Assembly (NCBI RefSeq): GCF_002113885.1
Contig: NW_018479986.1
Location: 124,001-188,000 of the forward strand
Direction of reading: 5' to 3'
DNA length: 64,000 bases
Origin: Mizuhopecten yessoensis
Lineage: Eukaryota
The stretch's first letter is position 1; the number at the start of each line of letters is the position of its first letter. Under the pieces are notes generated by a model. The model saw only the letters and a program-made list of their open reading frames with translations, had not been told where the DNA came from and did not search any database. A program made the translations under genes and the position numbers. Below are positions 51,261-64,000 of this stretch, one piece after another.

Positions 51261-53974
51261 TGGTTGCATCTTTCCAAATAAATTGTATTTATTTTAAACT
51301 GATATTGTATATAGCGATTCCTCAATATTTATCTGTAGGACTCTCGTAATTAGTCTTATACAGGTGATGTCATTATTCACTGATATATATCTAAATAACC
51401 AATGTCTTTTTTTAATTTCACATTATATTTGTGTATATTCTGTCAATTTTTATGCTTGCTATGTTAGCATTGTATGCATATTCCACTTGATTGTGTTTTA
51501 ATCCTAAGTCCGAAGTAATAATTGTGTGATATACAAGTATTCTGTCACTATTAACTATGTCTTCATTACCTTAATCTGAATACTAGTTACATATGTGATC
51601 ACATTTATGGCTTTTCAAGGAACACTTGTTTTGGTATATTTATTGTATCAAAAGTGTCATATCCCGGGGGCCTTGATAGGAAGGGGACTCCCAATCACCT
51701 AGAAACGTGGGATATCATACTTTCTTTTTCTGCATTAATTATTTTAATTGCTTTTTACCTATAAATGTGATTATCTCCCTTTACTTGTAACATAATGTGT
51801 TATTGTTATTTTACATATGTTTGTCGCAATGATAGCTCTCAAGAGCTGATGTTCTTGGTTTAACTGTATGCGAAATTAAATAAAGTTGTTTGTATCTTGT
51901 ATTACAAATGTAAGAGGGTCAGTAATATTTTATCTGATGAGGAACAATAGTGTGTTATGTTAACCTAGTTCGTCAGGTAACCTATTTGAAATGATAAAAG
52001 ATACTTAATCTTACACACGAGCATTAAAGTTTAAACAAAGCAATAGATGGTGACTTCACACAGACTTTTCAAATTTGTAATCAGTTTCGAGATTAGGATT
52101 ATTGTGATTCTACGCAAATACAGATCAGTTTCAGTTTGACAAATGGGAGTTGGAAGTGTGGGAGTGAAAGCTGGATTAATCCAAATCGATGTAGTATGAA
52201 CGGATAAATTTTACTGACACTCAATAAAGCAGACATTCGCTCCACAGCGGCTCGGAAATATCTAGCTTCAATCCGAATGTACTGGGTTTTTGTATAACCT
52301 TACGTTGACTGATGTGGGAAAACACGCAATATTCGATTAAGTGTTCTGTTTAAGGTAAAATGTCCTGCTTACCAATGAATTGAATCGGACTTTACTTAAT
52401 GGACTGTTTTATAGATGCACGCACCGCTTATGTATAGAATAACTACAAAAAGAAAGCTGAATGTATCTATTGTTTAAAACAGTAAAATTATAAATGTTCC
52501 AGTTCCTAACTTAAATTTGTTTTCTTTTAATGTGTTTCATTTCATGTACCATCACGTTAGAATTGGAGTCAAACTGGACGAGGTAATTTTCAAATATAAA
52601 AAATAATCTTCTGAGATTATAAAATAATAGAGTGAACAACTTACTTTTGTTCGGAATAAGATCTATGGTCCTTTATTTAAGTACAGATAAAATACTTACA
52701 TTGTGTATTTATATTGGGTCAGTTATTATTCCATTCTAACAAGACATGCAAACTAACCAACGATACTAGTTTCATAGTTGTTTACATTAAAGAAATACTA
52801 ATATTTATTAGAGCTAACCATCACGGTTTGAGGAGGCATTTGTGTATCTCACATTTACGTTTAAACTGTATCCACTGCAAGTTCAATTTTAAACTTTACC
52901 AGAAGATTGATCAGCGTTATTTTGAAGATTCTCCTGTTGCTTCGAATAGCGTTAGGCAACCGTTCGAAGCAAACGTTTCGGTGACGTTAGGCTGTTCCGT
53001 GAATCTTGACGACACAAACACTTAAATTTCAGATATAGAAGGGAATACCTAAATATCTACCTTTTGTAGAGAAATGGAAACAAAAAATAGGATGTAAATA
53101 ATCATATGGACTGAAGATATCTTTCAATGTTCATGCCAGTATGGACGCAAATCGGTAACATACATATTAATCGTGGAGTCCAAAAATACCGTTAAATCCT
53201 TCTGTGAATGCTGTCATCACAGCGCCAGTTATATTTTCTGTGAGTATCAGAATGTATCTAATACGTTTGTTAACGTTGCATAATTTAAATAAGACACACT
53301 TGTTAGAGCAACTATAAAATTGGTCAAACTCCTAAATTAAATGAATTAAAAAACCAAGACGATTACTGGTTAATTTTAAATTAAAAGTAAAGTGTGTATA
53401 TTACATACTACTCAAAATAATTACTATGGATGTTCAGGGTACGGCATTTCTCGGGGAACTAAGAGCTCCACTAGCAGAATCCATCAATTTGTATCTTTAA
53501 AGGTGATAGTATGACACACACATAATTATGATTGCACCCATAAAATTTAGTAATAGAAAAAGTACGCTAACAAATAATTACACTTCATCATACAGCTCTT
53601 TCGTCATTCTTTATTAAACATATTTATTACTGAAGCACGGTATATTAAAAGGTTTTAATATATTAATAGCCATTATTATCAATAAACAATAATAGTAAAG
53701 AAGTTTCAATCCACCAAAAATAAATAGCAAAGAAATGTGCTGTATTGCCGGTTTAAGTATCCCTGATCAGAAATATGATATTATTCTTCATAATATATTT
53801 TTTTACTGAAGCACCGTTTATTAGACAGTGCTAATATCAATAACCATTAATATTAATTTCCACCATGATTTAAAGGCAGATAACTGTGCTGAATTGCCGG
53901 TATATATATCATTGATCAGAAATATGATATTGTTGCTTGCCTTCACACAACAATTGTTTTTCTGACATCCGAGT

Positions 53975-56900
53975 TTATCCAATTATGTCCCCGCTCCCAA
54001 ATGCCCTGTAAAATAAGAGATATTTACTTACAATCATTTCAATGCTCTAATTTGCGCATCTTCGTTTTCAAACGGCTTCCCCTGGATACAGATATCTTAT
54101 CTGCAGCCTTGGAATATGTCAGCACGAAATTGAAGCCTCGAGATTAATTTGATTTTTATCAATGACATAAAACGAAGCTTTTTACCATCCATAAGCTGTT
54201 CCTTGAAGAGATTTTAACTTTTTCATGACATTTTTCAAAGGTTTGCAGAAGATTTTCGTGTCAAGAGAACGTTTTGGTTTTAGAAAATATTAAAGTGAAA
54301 ATTTGTTTTTAATCGGTGGACTCGTGAATATGCCATCACAGACAAGTTGAAACTGTTTTGAGTTATTTGATAGCATTTGCAGTTGATTACAGATTAGCTC
54401 ATTGATAAATTGATACTCCAAAAATCCATGCAAAACAAAAGGCAGATATTCAATCTTGGATGAATATATACGAGAAGTAAACTTGCGTCATACACCAGTA
54501 CGCTCAGTACAGTGACCGATATCATAGCGTGTTTGTAAAGAGAAGCATTCTGTTAAAACATGTTATTATTATTTACACTCTGGTGATGCCTTTTATAGGA
54601 CCCGAATCCATGAGACCATTCTTGTGTCAATATCAGACTCTGTGCTCAAGCCCATTTTCGTGTTTTGGTAACAAAACAAAATAAATCGTATTTGTGAATT
54701 ATATGGAGGACTTGTGAAGAGGCTCAAAGCCAAATACGTTATTCAATATTTACACTGAATTCTGTTTAATGATTTTCAATAAGAAGCAAGTCAGAAGAAT
54801 GTTAGTTTGAACACTAAATCCATGCTTGAGCATGAGAATGGTTACATGATTCTGTACAGGCCCATGAGTCAAAATCAAGACTTATTCACTATCGATCTTA
54901 CCCTTTCCTTCAAAGTCTCAGAATGAAATATGAATGCCTTGTCAACAGCAGTAACTTTAATCCAATAGAATATTTTATATTGCTATGTCATCTCAATATT
55001 ATGCAATATCAGATATAAGTTGCATAACTATTCTTGACCTAAAGATATATAAATAGAACACGGAATTCCCATATGTTTGCAGTGTTTGCAATGGATATTA
55101 TAAACGAGCTTTGGAAATGATATTATTTTAATTTATCATTTGGAAATACTTTAAACGCTTAACTGTTTCTTTATTCCCCCATGGGTTGGCGTGATATTTA
55201 AGAAACTTTTTTTCTGGCTTAAAATTATTGCATGGACATAATTTACCTAAGGACAGCCTTAAATATAGTGTTCGTGTTTTGTTTTACTTATATGTTTACC
55301 GTCACATGGACATTTAAAACTATTAATCGCTAAATATATATATATAGAGAGAGAGAGTAAAGCACGCGCATAACAAATTCGTGTATATTATACCTCACAT
55401 TTAAATCAATAAACACTTACCCTCTTTCGCAAATAAACTCCAGTTTGCGGTCGCACGCGATGTCATTCCACTGCCCTGCTTTTACCACTGCCATACAGTC
55501 CTCTCCTATGTTACTGTCGCTAGGGTTACCGGGGCTCCAGTGGGAGATGGTTATCGGATTTTGCTCCGTTGACCAGATCCACTGGTTTTCGATAAAAAAA
55601 TCGCTACCTCCTATGAAAAACTCTCTGCCATTTGGTCCTACAAAACATACCCACAAGTAAACTTATTGCAGACCAATCAAAATACTATCATGCTTGTTGT
55701 TATTGTTGATTGTGTTGTCATTGATGACAGCTTTGATTAAAATAATGATGGAAGTTATATTTGAGGTCATTTTAATCTCCCATTAAGTTCCTGTGGTGGT
55801 ATTATCATTGCGACTTCGTATTTGCTGTATTTCATATTTTACATTATCCCAACCGTGGCGTATTACAAATTTAGAACTTGTTTTCAATACTTTTAATGTT
55901 TAAGTATTACACTACAATACAGCATGATTATTTGCACTTTTATAAATTTTACAGCAGGTGTACAACCAAAACAAGAAAATATTAAATTTCAAAGGAATAA
56001 AGTTTCATTATTATTTGAATAACACAAAGTGCGCTTTAACTGTATGGAGAGATTATGTAGCTATGGACTTATCCGAACATGTCCTCACCTGATACATGTT
56101 GCAAGGCTTTGGCCAACGCAGTTTGACGATCCTCAGTATTCGGCTCGAATAGCACAGCATTGAAGGTCCTGCAGTAGCTCTACAAAATAACATATTAACT
56201 CATTTCATCCTAGATGCAATTGATTTAACTTGCGTTGTCTCATTAATGTATAAAATAGTTTAACTGGTTGAACAAATCGCTGTGCAGCAGGCCATTTAAG
56301 GGGTTTCAAATCATCGATTTGCAATCTTACAATTTTCATGGTGTGCCAAATTATAGGAATCGTGTCAGTTAATTGTGTATTTCCAACCAGTCCTCCCCTA
56401 AACTAAACCCTATTCATGTAATTATATTCATGGTGGAAAGGAGTATCGATGTCACCTGGAATTTGAAATAAGTAAACGATCTTACAACATATACCACAGC
56501 GTATGGTCTGCTCGTGTCGAGTTTGAAAATCGGCTTTTTTTTAATTGTATTGTCCTTTTAGGACTCTATTTATTATATTTATTTGACACTTAACATTAGT
56601 TATTACGTGAAAACGTCTCAATCTAGTGGTCTCGTAACGCTGGTTTAAATAACAAAGAAATCCCTTCAATGAACAGCTTCAGAAATGGCCTCTTTAGACA
56701 TCTTGCAACATAATGGAAGAGGTCACATGACTGTTTTTTAATTAATAAAAAAAATGATCCTATAAAATAAAACGTCATGACAAAGGAGATTAGGGAACGA
56801 GTTAACTAAGCATAAATGCTACAACATATGTTTTCTTTCAATTTTGATTTATAGATAATATGATAATATGATACATGTTACACAGACAAATACATGAACA

Positions 56901-57460
56901 TAATTATTAATACAGAGCACTTACGTTTGCCTCGGCCCAGGTACCAGTTATTTCACTGAAGAAGAAACAAAACTCCCCTTCCACTAGATATCCCGCCGGG
57001 CAGCTACCTGGAAGTTCAAAAGACTTGAACAAGACAGGTAACGTAAAGTCAGGTAAACGAAAATTAAATTAATAAAATACAAATTATTTAAAATCAAACC
57101 GTTGTTAATGGAGAACTGCAATAAAACCAATTAATCAATCCAAAGTTTGTGGCCTTATATTTTATGAGTAAATATGGACACACCGAATATCGAAGTTACA
57201 AACTTACTTTTTAGCCTGACGCATGCCAATAGGAATGTTTGAGCAAAAATTGAATAACATCCAACCGTGATTAGGAGACTTATTGCAAGGAACCCAATTA
57301 GACAGACGGACAGACAACGGGACGAACCCCAATTAACATCTCCTATAATAACTATATATTTAAGTATTTTAAATGGTCAATAAAGTTATTTGTTATGAGG
57401 CACCTTACCGTGTGAATGACCCGCAAAGAGCAGTACACAAAGTATTACGGCAAATAACAT
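53975..57460 (-). CDS. Secreted C-type lectin (perlucin-like), copy C (inverted)
   Basis: Exons 57409-57460 (MLFAVILCVLLFAGHSHG), 56925-57007, 56089-56179, 55421-55637, 53975-54005 (AFGSGDIIG*); exon lengths 52/83/91/217/31 identical to copy A; all splice sites canonical. Confidence 0.9.
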
Positions 57461-58839
57461 GCTGGATACAGTACAGGTCCTCTGAACTAAACGGTATACT
57501 TCAATCTGTTACGACGAAGTCGTAATATAATGACTGATGACCTCGAGGGCATTCAAAGGACAACTGATATTGCAATCTCGATAACGCTATCTCGTTAAGT
57601 AATTCTTAGTAACCCTTAGTCATACACGTATATAGATAACTCTTTCGTTGAACAATTTCGTAGATTTTTGATCCTAAAATTGGCAGTATAATACATATTT
57701 TAATGCATTTTTGATTTTCAAAAAAAGGTGTTTTGACTGCACTGGCTTCTTGAGTGAACATGCGTCTTGATTTGTAATAAATGTTTCTACTTTTTAAACA
57801 CAAATTTTACCTTTTTTGATAGTATCATTGTTTTGTTTCCAACCTACTGATTCGGTTTTTAAACGGTCAACACATGTACACGCAGGTTGATGAATATTAT
57901 GGACAAGTTTTATTGTTTAGACATCATGATATCATTGGGAAATATGCTATTTCTTTGTTTGATATGGACGTCGATGTATTTTATGATATTCATATTTGTT
58001 GTCATTACCCCTACTGTTGGTAGAAGGTCATGACATTTCTTGGATTTATCCTAGGTTTGACATATTGTGGATGAAGCAGAAGACGCCTAAACTTCCGGAA
58101 CACATGGTCTTAATATCCTTCTACTTTTCTCGGGTCTCCATGCAAATATTTCCTTTGCCCATATTATGTCCTATTTTAATCGGTTTCGTTATCGATTTAC
58201 AGTGTAGCTGGCACACGTTTGTTTTCCTGACTAGTACCAGCGTCTGGACTAATAATTAATATATACGGATGATGTGTACTGCCTGGTAACATGTTTTGAC
58301 TGGTAATACCCAACTGGACTAGGGGCGTCAAAATACGCCTAGAATGTATCACAATACATTGCATTACAAAAAGAATCTGTTATGATATGTATCCCGATTT
58401 AGTGTCACAGGAAATAGTTGTTTCATTTGTTAAAACATTATCAAAATGAATCACATTACTTTTCACCCGTACAATATAAATCACTTTGATAGAAACGTTT
58501 CTTCGTTGCAGAAAATGTTTATAGTTATTGACAGTTCTCCCACAACCAGTTTAGTTTTCCGAACTCATGGGATGAATCTATTAAAAGTAAGGTAACATTA
58601 TTGGTTACCCAAAAATGGGTTACACCCTGGACGTTATTTCATTGGTCAACCTTCTAATCATGACGTCAGGTAACAATGCTTTGTGACGTCATCTTCCATT
58701 GTGATGCAAAAGGAACGTTTAACGGCAATTGTTTCTTCGATCGGAAACATGAATTGTTTCCCATGAAAAACATGTTGTTTTTTTGGATATAATATTGAAG
58801 CATTGGTGGAGCCCTATTCAAAATATATATAGCGATTGT

Positions 58840-58997
58840 CCCCAAACGAGTGATGGTTGGTAATCATGTTCATCTTACTCGAGTTAGTTACTTTTCAAAT
58901 TGCATAAAGACTCAGTAAGTCTTGTGTCTTTATGCAATTAAAATGTTATTTAGCTCGAGTTAGATAAACATAATAACCAACCATCACTCGTTGGGGG
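58840..58997. repeat. Palindromic repeat element (homologues 18505-18655, 27100-27250)
   Basis: CCCCAAACGAGTGATGGTTGGTAAT..TTATGCAAT..ACCAACCATCACTCGTTGGGG inverted repeat. Confidence 0.6.
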
Positions 58998-59144
58998 TAA
59001 TCTCTTGAATGTGTATTAATTTTCAAAATTAGAACACTTAGTTGATTAAAAACATTGGGATATTGAAAACAATTTGCGAAAGATCATACATCTGTATTCC
59101 GATACTATACAATATGACTGTGTATTTCAATATACCGGTTTTCC

Positions 59145-59428
59145 TATATGGTAAGATATATCCTGGTAATATGTTTTGTCTGGTAGAATGTAATGACAGG
59201 TAATATGTCTTGACTGGTAAAATGTAATGACTGGCAATATGTTTTTACTGTTAATATGTATGACTGGTGATATGTTATGCCTGATAATGTCTTGCCTGGT
59301 AACATGTCTTGAATGGTAGTATGCTATTTGCTTAGTAATATGACTTACCTGGAAAATATGTCCTGATTGGAAACATGTCTTATTTGGAAAATATGTCTTG
59401 ATTGGAAACATGTCTTACCTGTTAATAG
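59145..59428. repeat. Degenerate ~17-bp minisatellite (CTGGTAATATGTCTTGA)n
   Basis: About 16 imperfect consecutive units. Confidence 0.8.
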
Positions 59429-60039
59429 GCAGTGTTATATTTAAACTGAATGTATGGCAAGATTACTAATTTCGATTCTTGACCTAACAAAACCATGTCA
59501 AGATCCGGAGTATGAGTCTATCAATTAGGAAACTCTAATTGAGGAAGTATAATTTAGATCAGAATGTCATCCTTCTTCTTTGGTATGGACAATATGTTAT
59601 ACATTTATTTTTTTAAGAAATCAACACTTTTTTATCATATTGCTGCAATAATAAATCACATGATGTGATAGCTAACTGTTTAAGCTGACAGGGGAAACGT
59701 GGCTTCCAATGTACAGATTTCAAGATAGGCTTACTTCAAGGAATCTAAGTTTGAACGACGGCATATTTAATAATAAGACTTATTATCGATATTTTATGGT
59801 GTTCGATTTACATATTTGGAAAGACCAGGGAAGAGGTTTGTATATAAGAAGTATATTTTAAAATTGAAGTAGTTTATACAAGATTAACAGCAAGTTTGTT
59901 TACTAATGTAAATTTCTCTGAGGCGATATCAGATGGCGTCTTTATTTTCGTAGTTGATATTCTCCATTGAACTGAACGCTAACTGAATGAAAAAAGAAGT
60001 TCCAGAACTGGACGTCATCTGTATATTTCTAAGGTTCGT

Positions 60040-60430
60040 GACTTGAGACGCTATGTATCTAATATTACTCATGTCTTCTACTACGAAACAGAGCATAAAT
60101 AAATTTAAGTGTCGGTTTTACCACGGAATTTAAAGTCCGTGGTTTTACTGAAAACAATTAGCTATTAAAAAGTCTACATCAACGTAAAAACATGTTATAA
60201 TAATAATGGAAAATGGGAGGTACGTGTATACCGCTTTATCACTACCAAATGGCCAAAGGGCCTTCACAACCAGCCAATGTTCAGAGATAAACTAACAATT
60301 AACAGTTTTCCGTGACTTAGGACGCAATGTATTGTATACTACTCATGTCTTCTACTGCAAGAACAGAACATTAATAAATTTAACAATGTCGGTTTTATCA
60401 CGGAATTTAAAGTCCGTTTTACTGAAAAAA
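60040..60430 (+). repeat. ~120-bp direct repeat pair
   Basis: TACTCATGTCTTCTACT..TGTCGGTTTTA.CACGGAATTTAAAGTCCGT at ~60065-60140 and ~60337-60417. Confidence 0.75.
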
Positions 60431-63393
60431 ATCTCCATCAAAATGTCTGTAACATCAATGTTAACATATATGTTCAAAGATAAGTTAACAACCGGGATTT
60501 TCTTCGCTACAATTTATTATTGTATTATTATGAAATGATAGCTTTCCATATTTATGTAATAATTTAATACGCATTAAGACTTCAAAATAGTGCTGGCTTG
60601 TTATCAATCTATGTCGATCGAGCAACATAATTATAATGAATATATGATTGAATCATTTTAAACACAAGGTTTAACATTGAGCGCCTTTTACGATTCAAAA
60701 ACTAAATAACTTTAATTAAATAAACATGATAACCAACCTTCAAAAATTAAAGAACTGTTTGATTCTATAATATATATATAATAATATCAGTAATGTCATA
60801 TTTTACACACATTATCATTTTTTGACGGGAAAAACGTTATGAATGAAGACATTGATGTAAAACGAATGCGACACTGTATATCAACGCCATTTCTTTCGGG
60901 TCAAAGTTAACATAAAAGTGGATTATTGACCTATGCAAACGCTTCCAACTGGTCATCACAAACGTGATAAATAGTAAAGCATGTTTTAGGATATATATAA
61001 CACCTGATTAGAGTAATGAAACTAGCATACGCCAAGGTACAAACGTACCCATAATTCCCGTTTTACGCCTTTCTGAAATTTCCATGGGGAAGATTACATG
61101 TGCTCAGCATTAAAAACATAAATAAAGCGTGTGTTTGTACACCCTAGTACACAATAATACTTTTAAATGACATCTTTTGAGCTGTTCTTTCATATAAAAA
61201 TCTTAGAAAATAGGAATAGCAAATTCACTGTTTGATAATGTTCAAGTTAAGGGTCCAAAATCGGGAGTCTCCCTCCTAAATAGGGAGAGTTGGCAAGTAT
61301 CGGCAAACACTTTGGTGAAATATGAGTTAGTAATAATATCCTGAAAATATGAAGAGTGTGGGTTTGAAGATTGTAGGCCATCTTTTATATTTCGCCAAAC
61401 CATCACTATGTTACATTTAAATACAGTGATTAGATTCATTAACACTCAGAACTGATTTAAGCAAAAGCAAAACATAAAATACGGGAGTATTTTGAATATT
61501 TTTTTTACGCAGAGGTATGCACATAGCTGCTCCGACTTCTGCATATCAAATAGCAAACTAATCAACTCTAATAAATGAGGTGATCACTTAAATATTTCAT
61601 AAAATTCCGACAAAATGTTATTCTCAACCCATAACTATTATCAAGTGTATCATATTTCTAATAGCAAATGTTCAAAAATTAAACAAAACATGGTAAAACC
61701 TGCTTCCTTTTAACGAGTGAAAGAATCGAAACGGGTTTCGGGTTTTTTCTCAAAAATTTGAAAAATTCTTAAGTTGGTTTGTTATTTGTTATATTGTGAG
61801 AAGAATTTCTAACAATATTCCCATATCATGACTTCAATTTAGTCCTTAGTAAATATAAAAAACGCTTAAAATTAGATATCTAATTTATAGTAGAAGTTGA
61901 GATATTTCTAAAGCAAATTTAAAAAGATGTATGGAAATACTAAGCAAGTTTAATAAAGGTAAGTGAGGATGATGAAATTAAAAGGCCGATTGAACATTTA
62001 TTTCAATCTCAGAAACTATGGAAACCAAATTATAAAAGTGAAGGAAACTAAGCAGATAACCAGGTGGCAAGCATGAAATACATACAAATTCTGCTAAAGG
62101 TGAATTTCTCTAGCTCGATACTTGTATCATTTATAAATCGCCAGAAGCAAAATTAAAACGTGGTACAAAATTGTTGTCTTTGTTTCGTTTAATACAATGA
62201 AAATGTGTCGTGACCATATTAAGGTTTACATTGCCAAACACGTGACCACTTCTTCGTATGCAGCGCTTTTAACACAGTTGTCCGTAACTTTGGCAATGAG
62301 ACATATGATATGCTCTTGTACCATTGTTACCCAGTGCACAACATTGTAAAACAATATGTAACGGGAAATAAAATAAGGCATTATTATTAAAACATTAATT
62401 TGAAACAAACATTAACAAAATTAAGTGAAACAATTTGTAAAATAGTACATAACATGTAATTGGGTACAACAAAATAACAAAAATTAAAATACCCATAAAT
62501 ATACAACTAATATCATCGAATCCATAACAAAAAGCCCAAAGACCTTATTTGCCTGATAAAATCCTGTTCAAACGTTTGACACATTTGTCCTCGCAGCCTT
62601 GAAAGTAGATAACGTAGCACATCAGAGCAAAACTGAAAACTAATAACTTCTAACACTGTTAGTTAACAGACAAACAAATTGACACTTGATCTTGCATTTT
62701 ACAGAAATTATAACACTATAGCATTTGACTCCAGTGCAATTTAACAGACGTTTAAGCAGTTTCTTCGAGGACAAATTGTTGAATATCCACACCTCATGTT
62801 AATGTATTAGGTTAAAATAAATCAAGTTGCATATTTGGCAAAATCAGTTACTCAAACCTGATTACATAGATACATGATAACTGTTTTTTTCTGTAATTTC
62901 GATATTACCGACATTGAAAATTCTAGAAATCGTCAAACTATACTTCAGTTTCATTACGACTAGTATTAAAAAAATATGACAATAAATCTAACAATTATCA
63001 ATAAAAATGATATTAGAATGTTATAACACGAAAAAAAACCTGAAGACAGGTTTTAAAACAATCCAAAATGATATATATATATATAAATATGTGTGTGAAT
63101 AATACGACGTCTCTTAACAACTATAAATGAATAAAATTACCTGTTTTGATAAAAATATCACTTTGATTTTTTTTTACCGAAGATCACTTCCGGGATCTTT
63201 TTTTTTTTTAAAAAACGTCCATCCGCACAAAATCAAGTACATACTATTTGCCGGAAAATTTCCGCTTTAGTTTAACATTCGCCTTGAGAGCGAATTTATT
63301 ATGACAGCTAATTCTCATCAGCAGCATACCATAAGAACTATTAATCTAATGACTATGCATTTTATCAGCTATCGTAGAGTAAGAATATAATCA

Positions 63394-63538
63394 ATCCCTG
63401 ATGTGAGGTATGGATAAGGTTATTCAAACCCAAGGGATAAAATATTGAGCAAGAGACCCGAAGCTTTGCCGAGGGTCTTTTGCTCAATATTTTATCACGA
63501 GGGTTTGAAAAACCGTATAATTACCTCACATCAGGGAT
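63394..63538. repeat. Long imperfect palindrome of a non-autonomous element
   Basis: ATCCCTGATGTGAGGTA..GATAAAATATTGAGCAAGAGACCC / GGGTCTTTTGCTCAATATTTTATC..TACCTCACATCAGGGAT. Confidence 0.7.
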
Positions 63539-64000
63539 GGAATCTATTTCTTGCTTATTACCTAAAACCCGTAAAAACAGCTGCTTTTCTAGTAAAGTTA
63601 TAAACTGTCCGCATATTTCTCATTTGTATATGAAGCCCGGATGGCAATTGTTAGTGACGTCAATGATCCTGACTGACCCCAAAACGTCATACAATGACGT
63701 CACGAACAATAACATGACGACCCCGAAAGGTCACTATAATTCCCCTGCCAGTCTGCGCGTGTAAGCGATCTGGACCCGTGGGTCGGATAGAATTTTCCAT
63801 CTATATTATTCAGAACATTCATTAACCCTCGATGCTATTTTGTATACAAGTCAATTCTCTGAGCTATTTTGTAAAAATATCTCTCCGTTCCGTAAATTAT
63901 CCATATACATGTAGTTATTTTGTACATAAATTATCCATATAACTATTTTGTACAAAAATATCCACATAGCTACTTTTTACTTAAATAATCATCTTTGCTA

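Larger units (their letters stand above)
47290..59000 (-). repeat. Right arm of an inverted segmental duplication of ~27100-38760
   Basis: Collinear reverse-complement matches: 47290-48660 to 37560-38760; 49864-50367 to 35653-36155; 52050-57560 to 29100-34190; 57800-59000 to 27100-28830; non-coding identity roughly 80% by eye. Confidence 0.9.

Overview
AT-rich eukaryotic DNA with spliceosomal introns, most consistent with a bivalve mollusc. (1) A full-length 5.9-kb I-group (Nimb/I-like) non-LTR retrotransposon lies on the minus strand (9613-15545). It has a 12-bp TSD, a (CAAA)n tail, a zinc-knuckle ORF1 and an APE-RT-RNase H ORF2 with a few inactivating lesions. Its first 119 nt fold, by manual pairing, into a complete HDV-like self-cleaving ribozyme starting at the first base inside the TSD; this is the best finding. 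(2) There are three copies of a secreted perlucin-like C-type lectin gene. Two sit in an 8.3-8.6-kb direct tandem duplication (17650-34555) and one is inverted (53975-57460). (3) A three-coding-exon flavin polyamine/spermine oxidase gene lies on the minus strand (35653-40344), with an inverted pseudogene copy. (4) An ~11.7-kb inverted segmental duplication (arms ~27100-38760 and ~47290-59000) links (2) and (3). (5) The repeat background is dense: tRNA-derived SINEs with tails resembling the LINE 3' end, Helentron/HINE-like elements with internal satellites, fold-back MITEs, Tc1 and CR1/L2 relics, and three decayed minimal-hammerhead motifs. All structures and alignments were done by eye; no searches were run.
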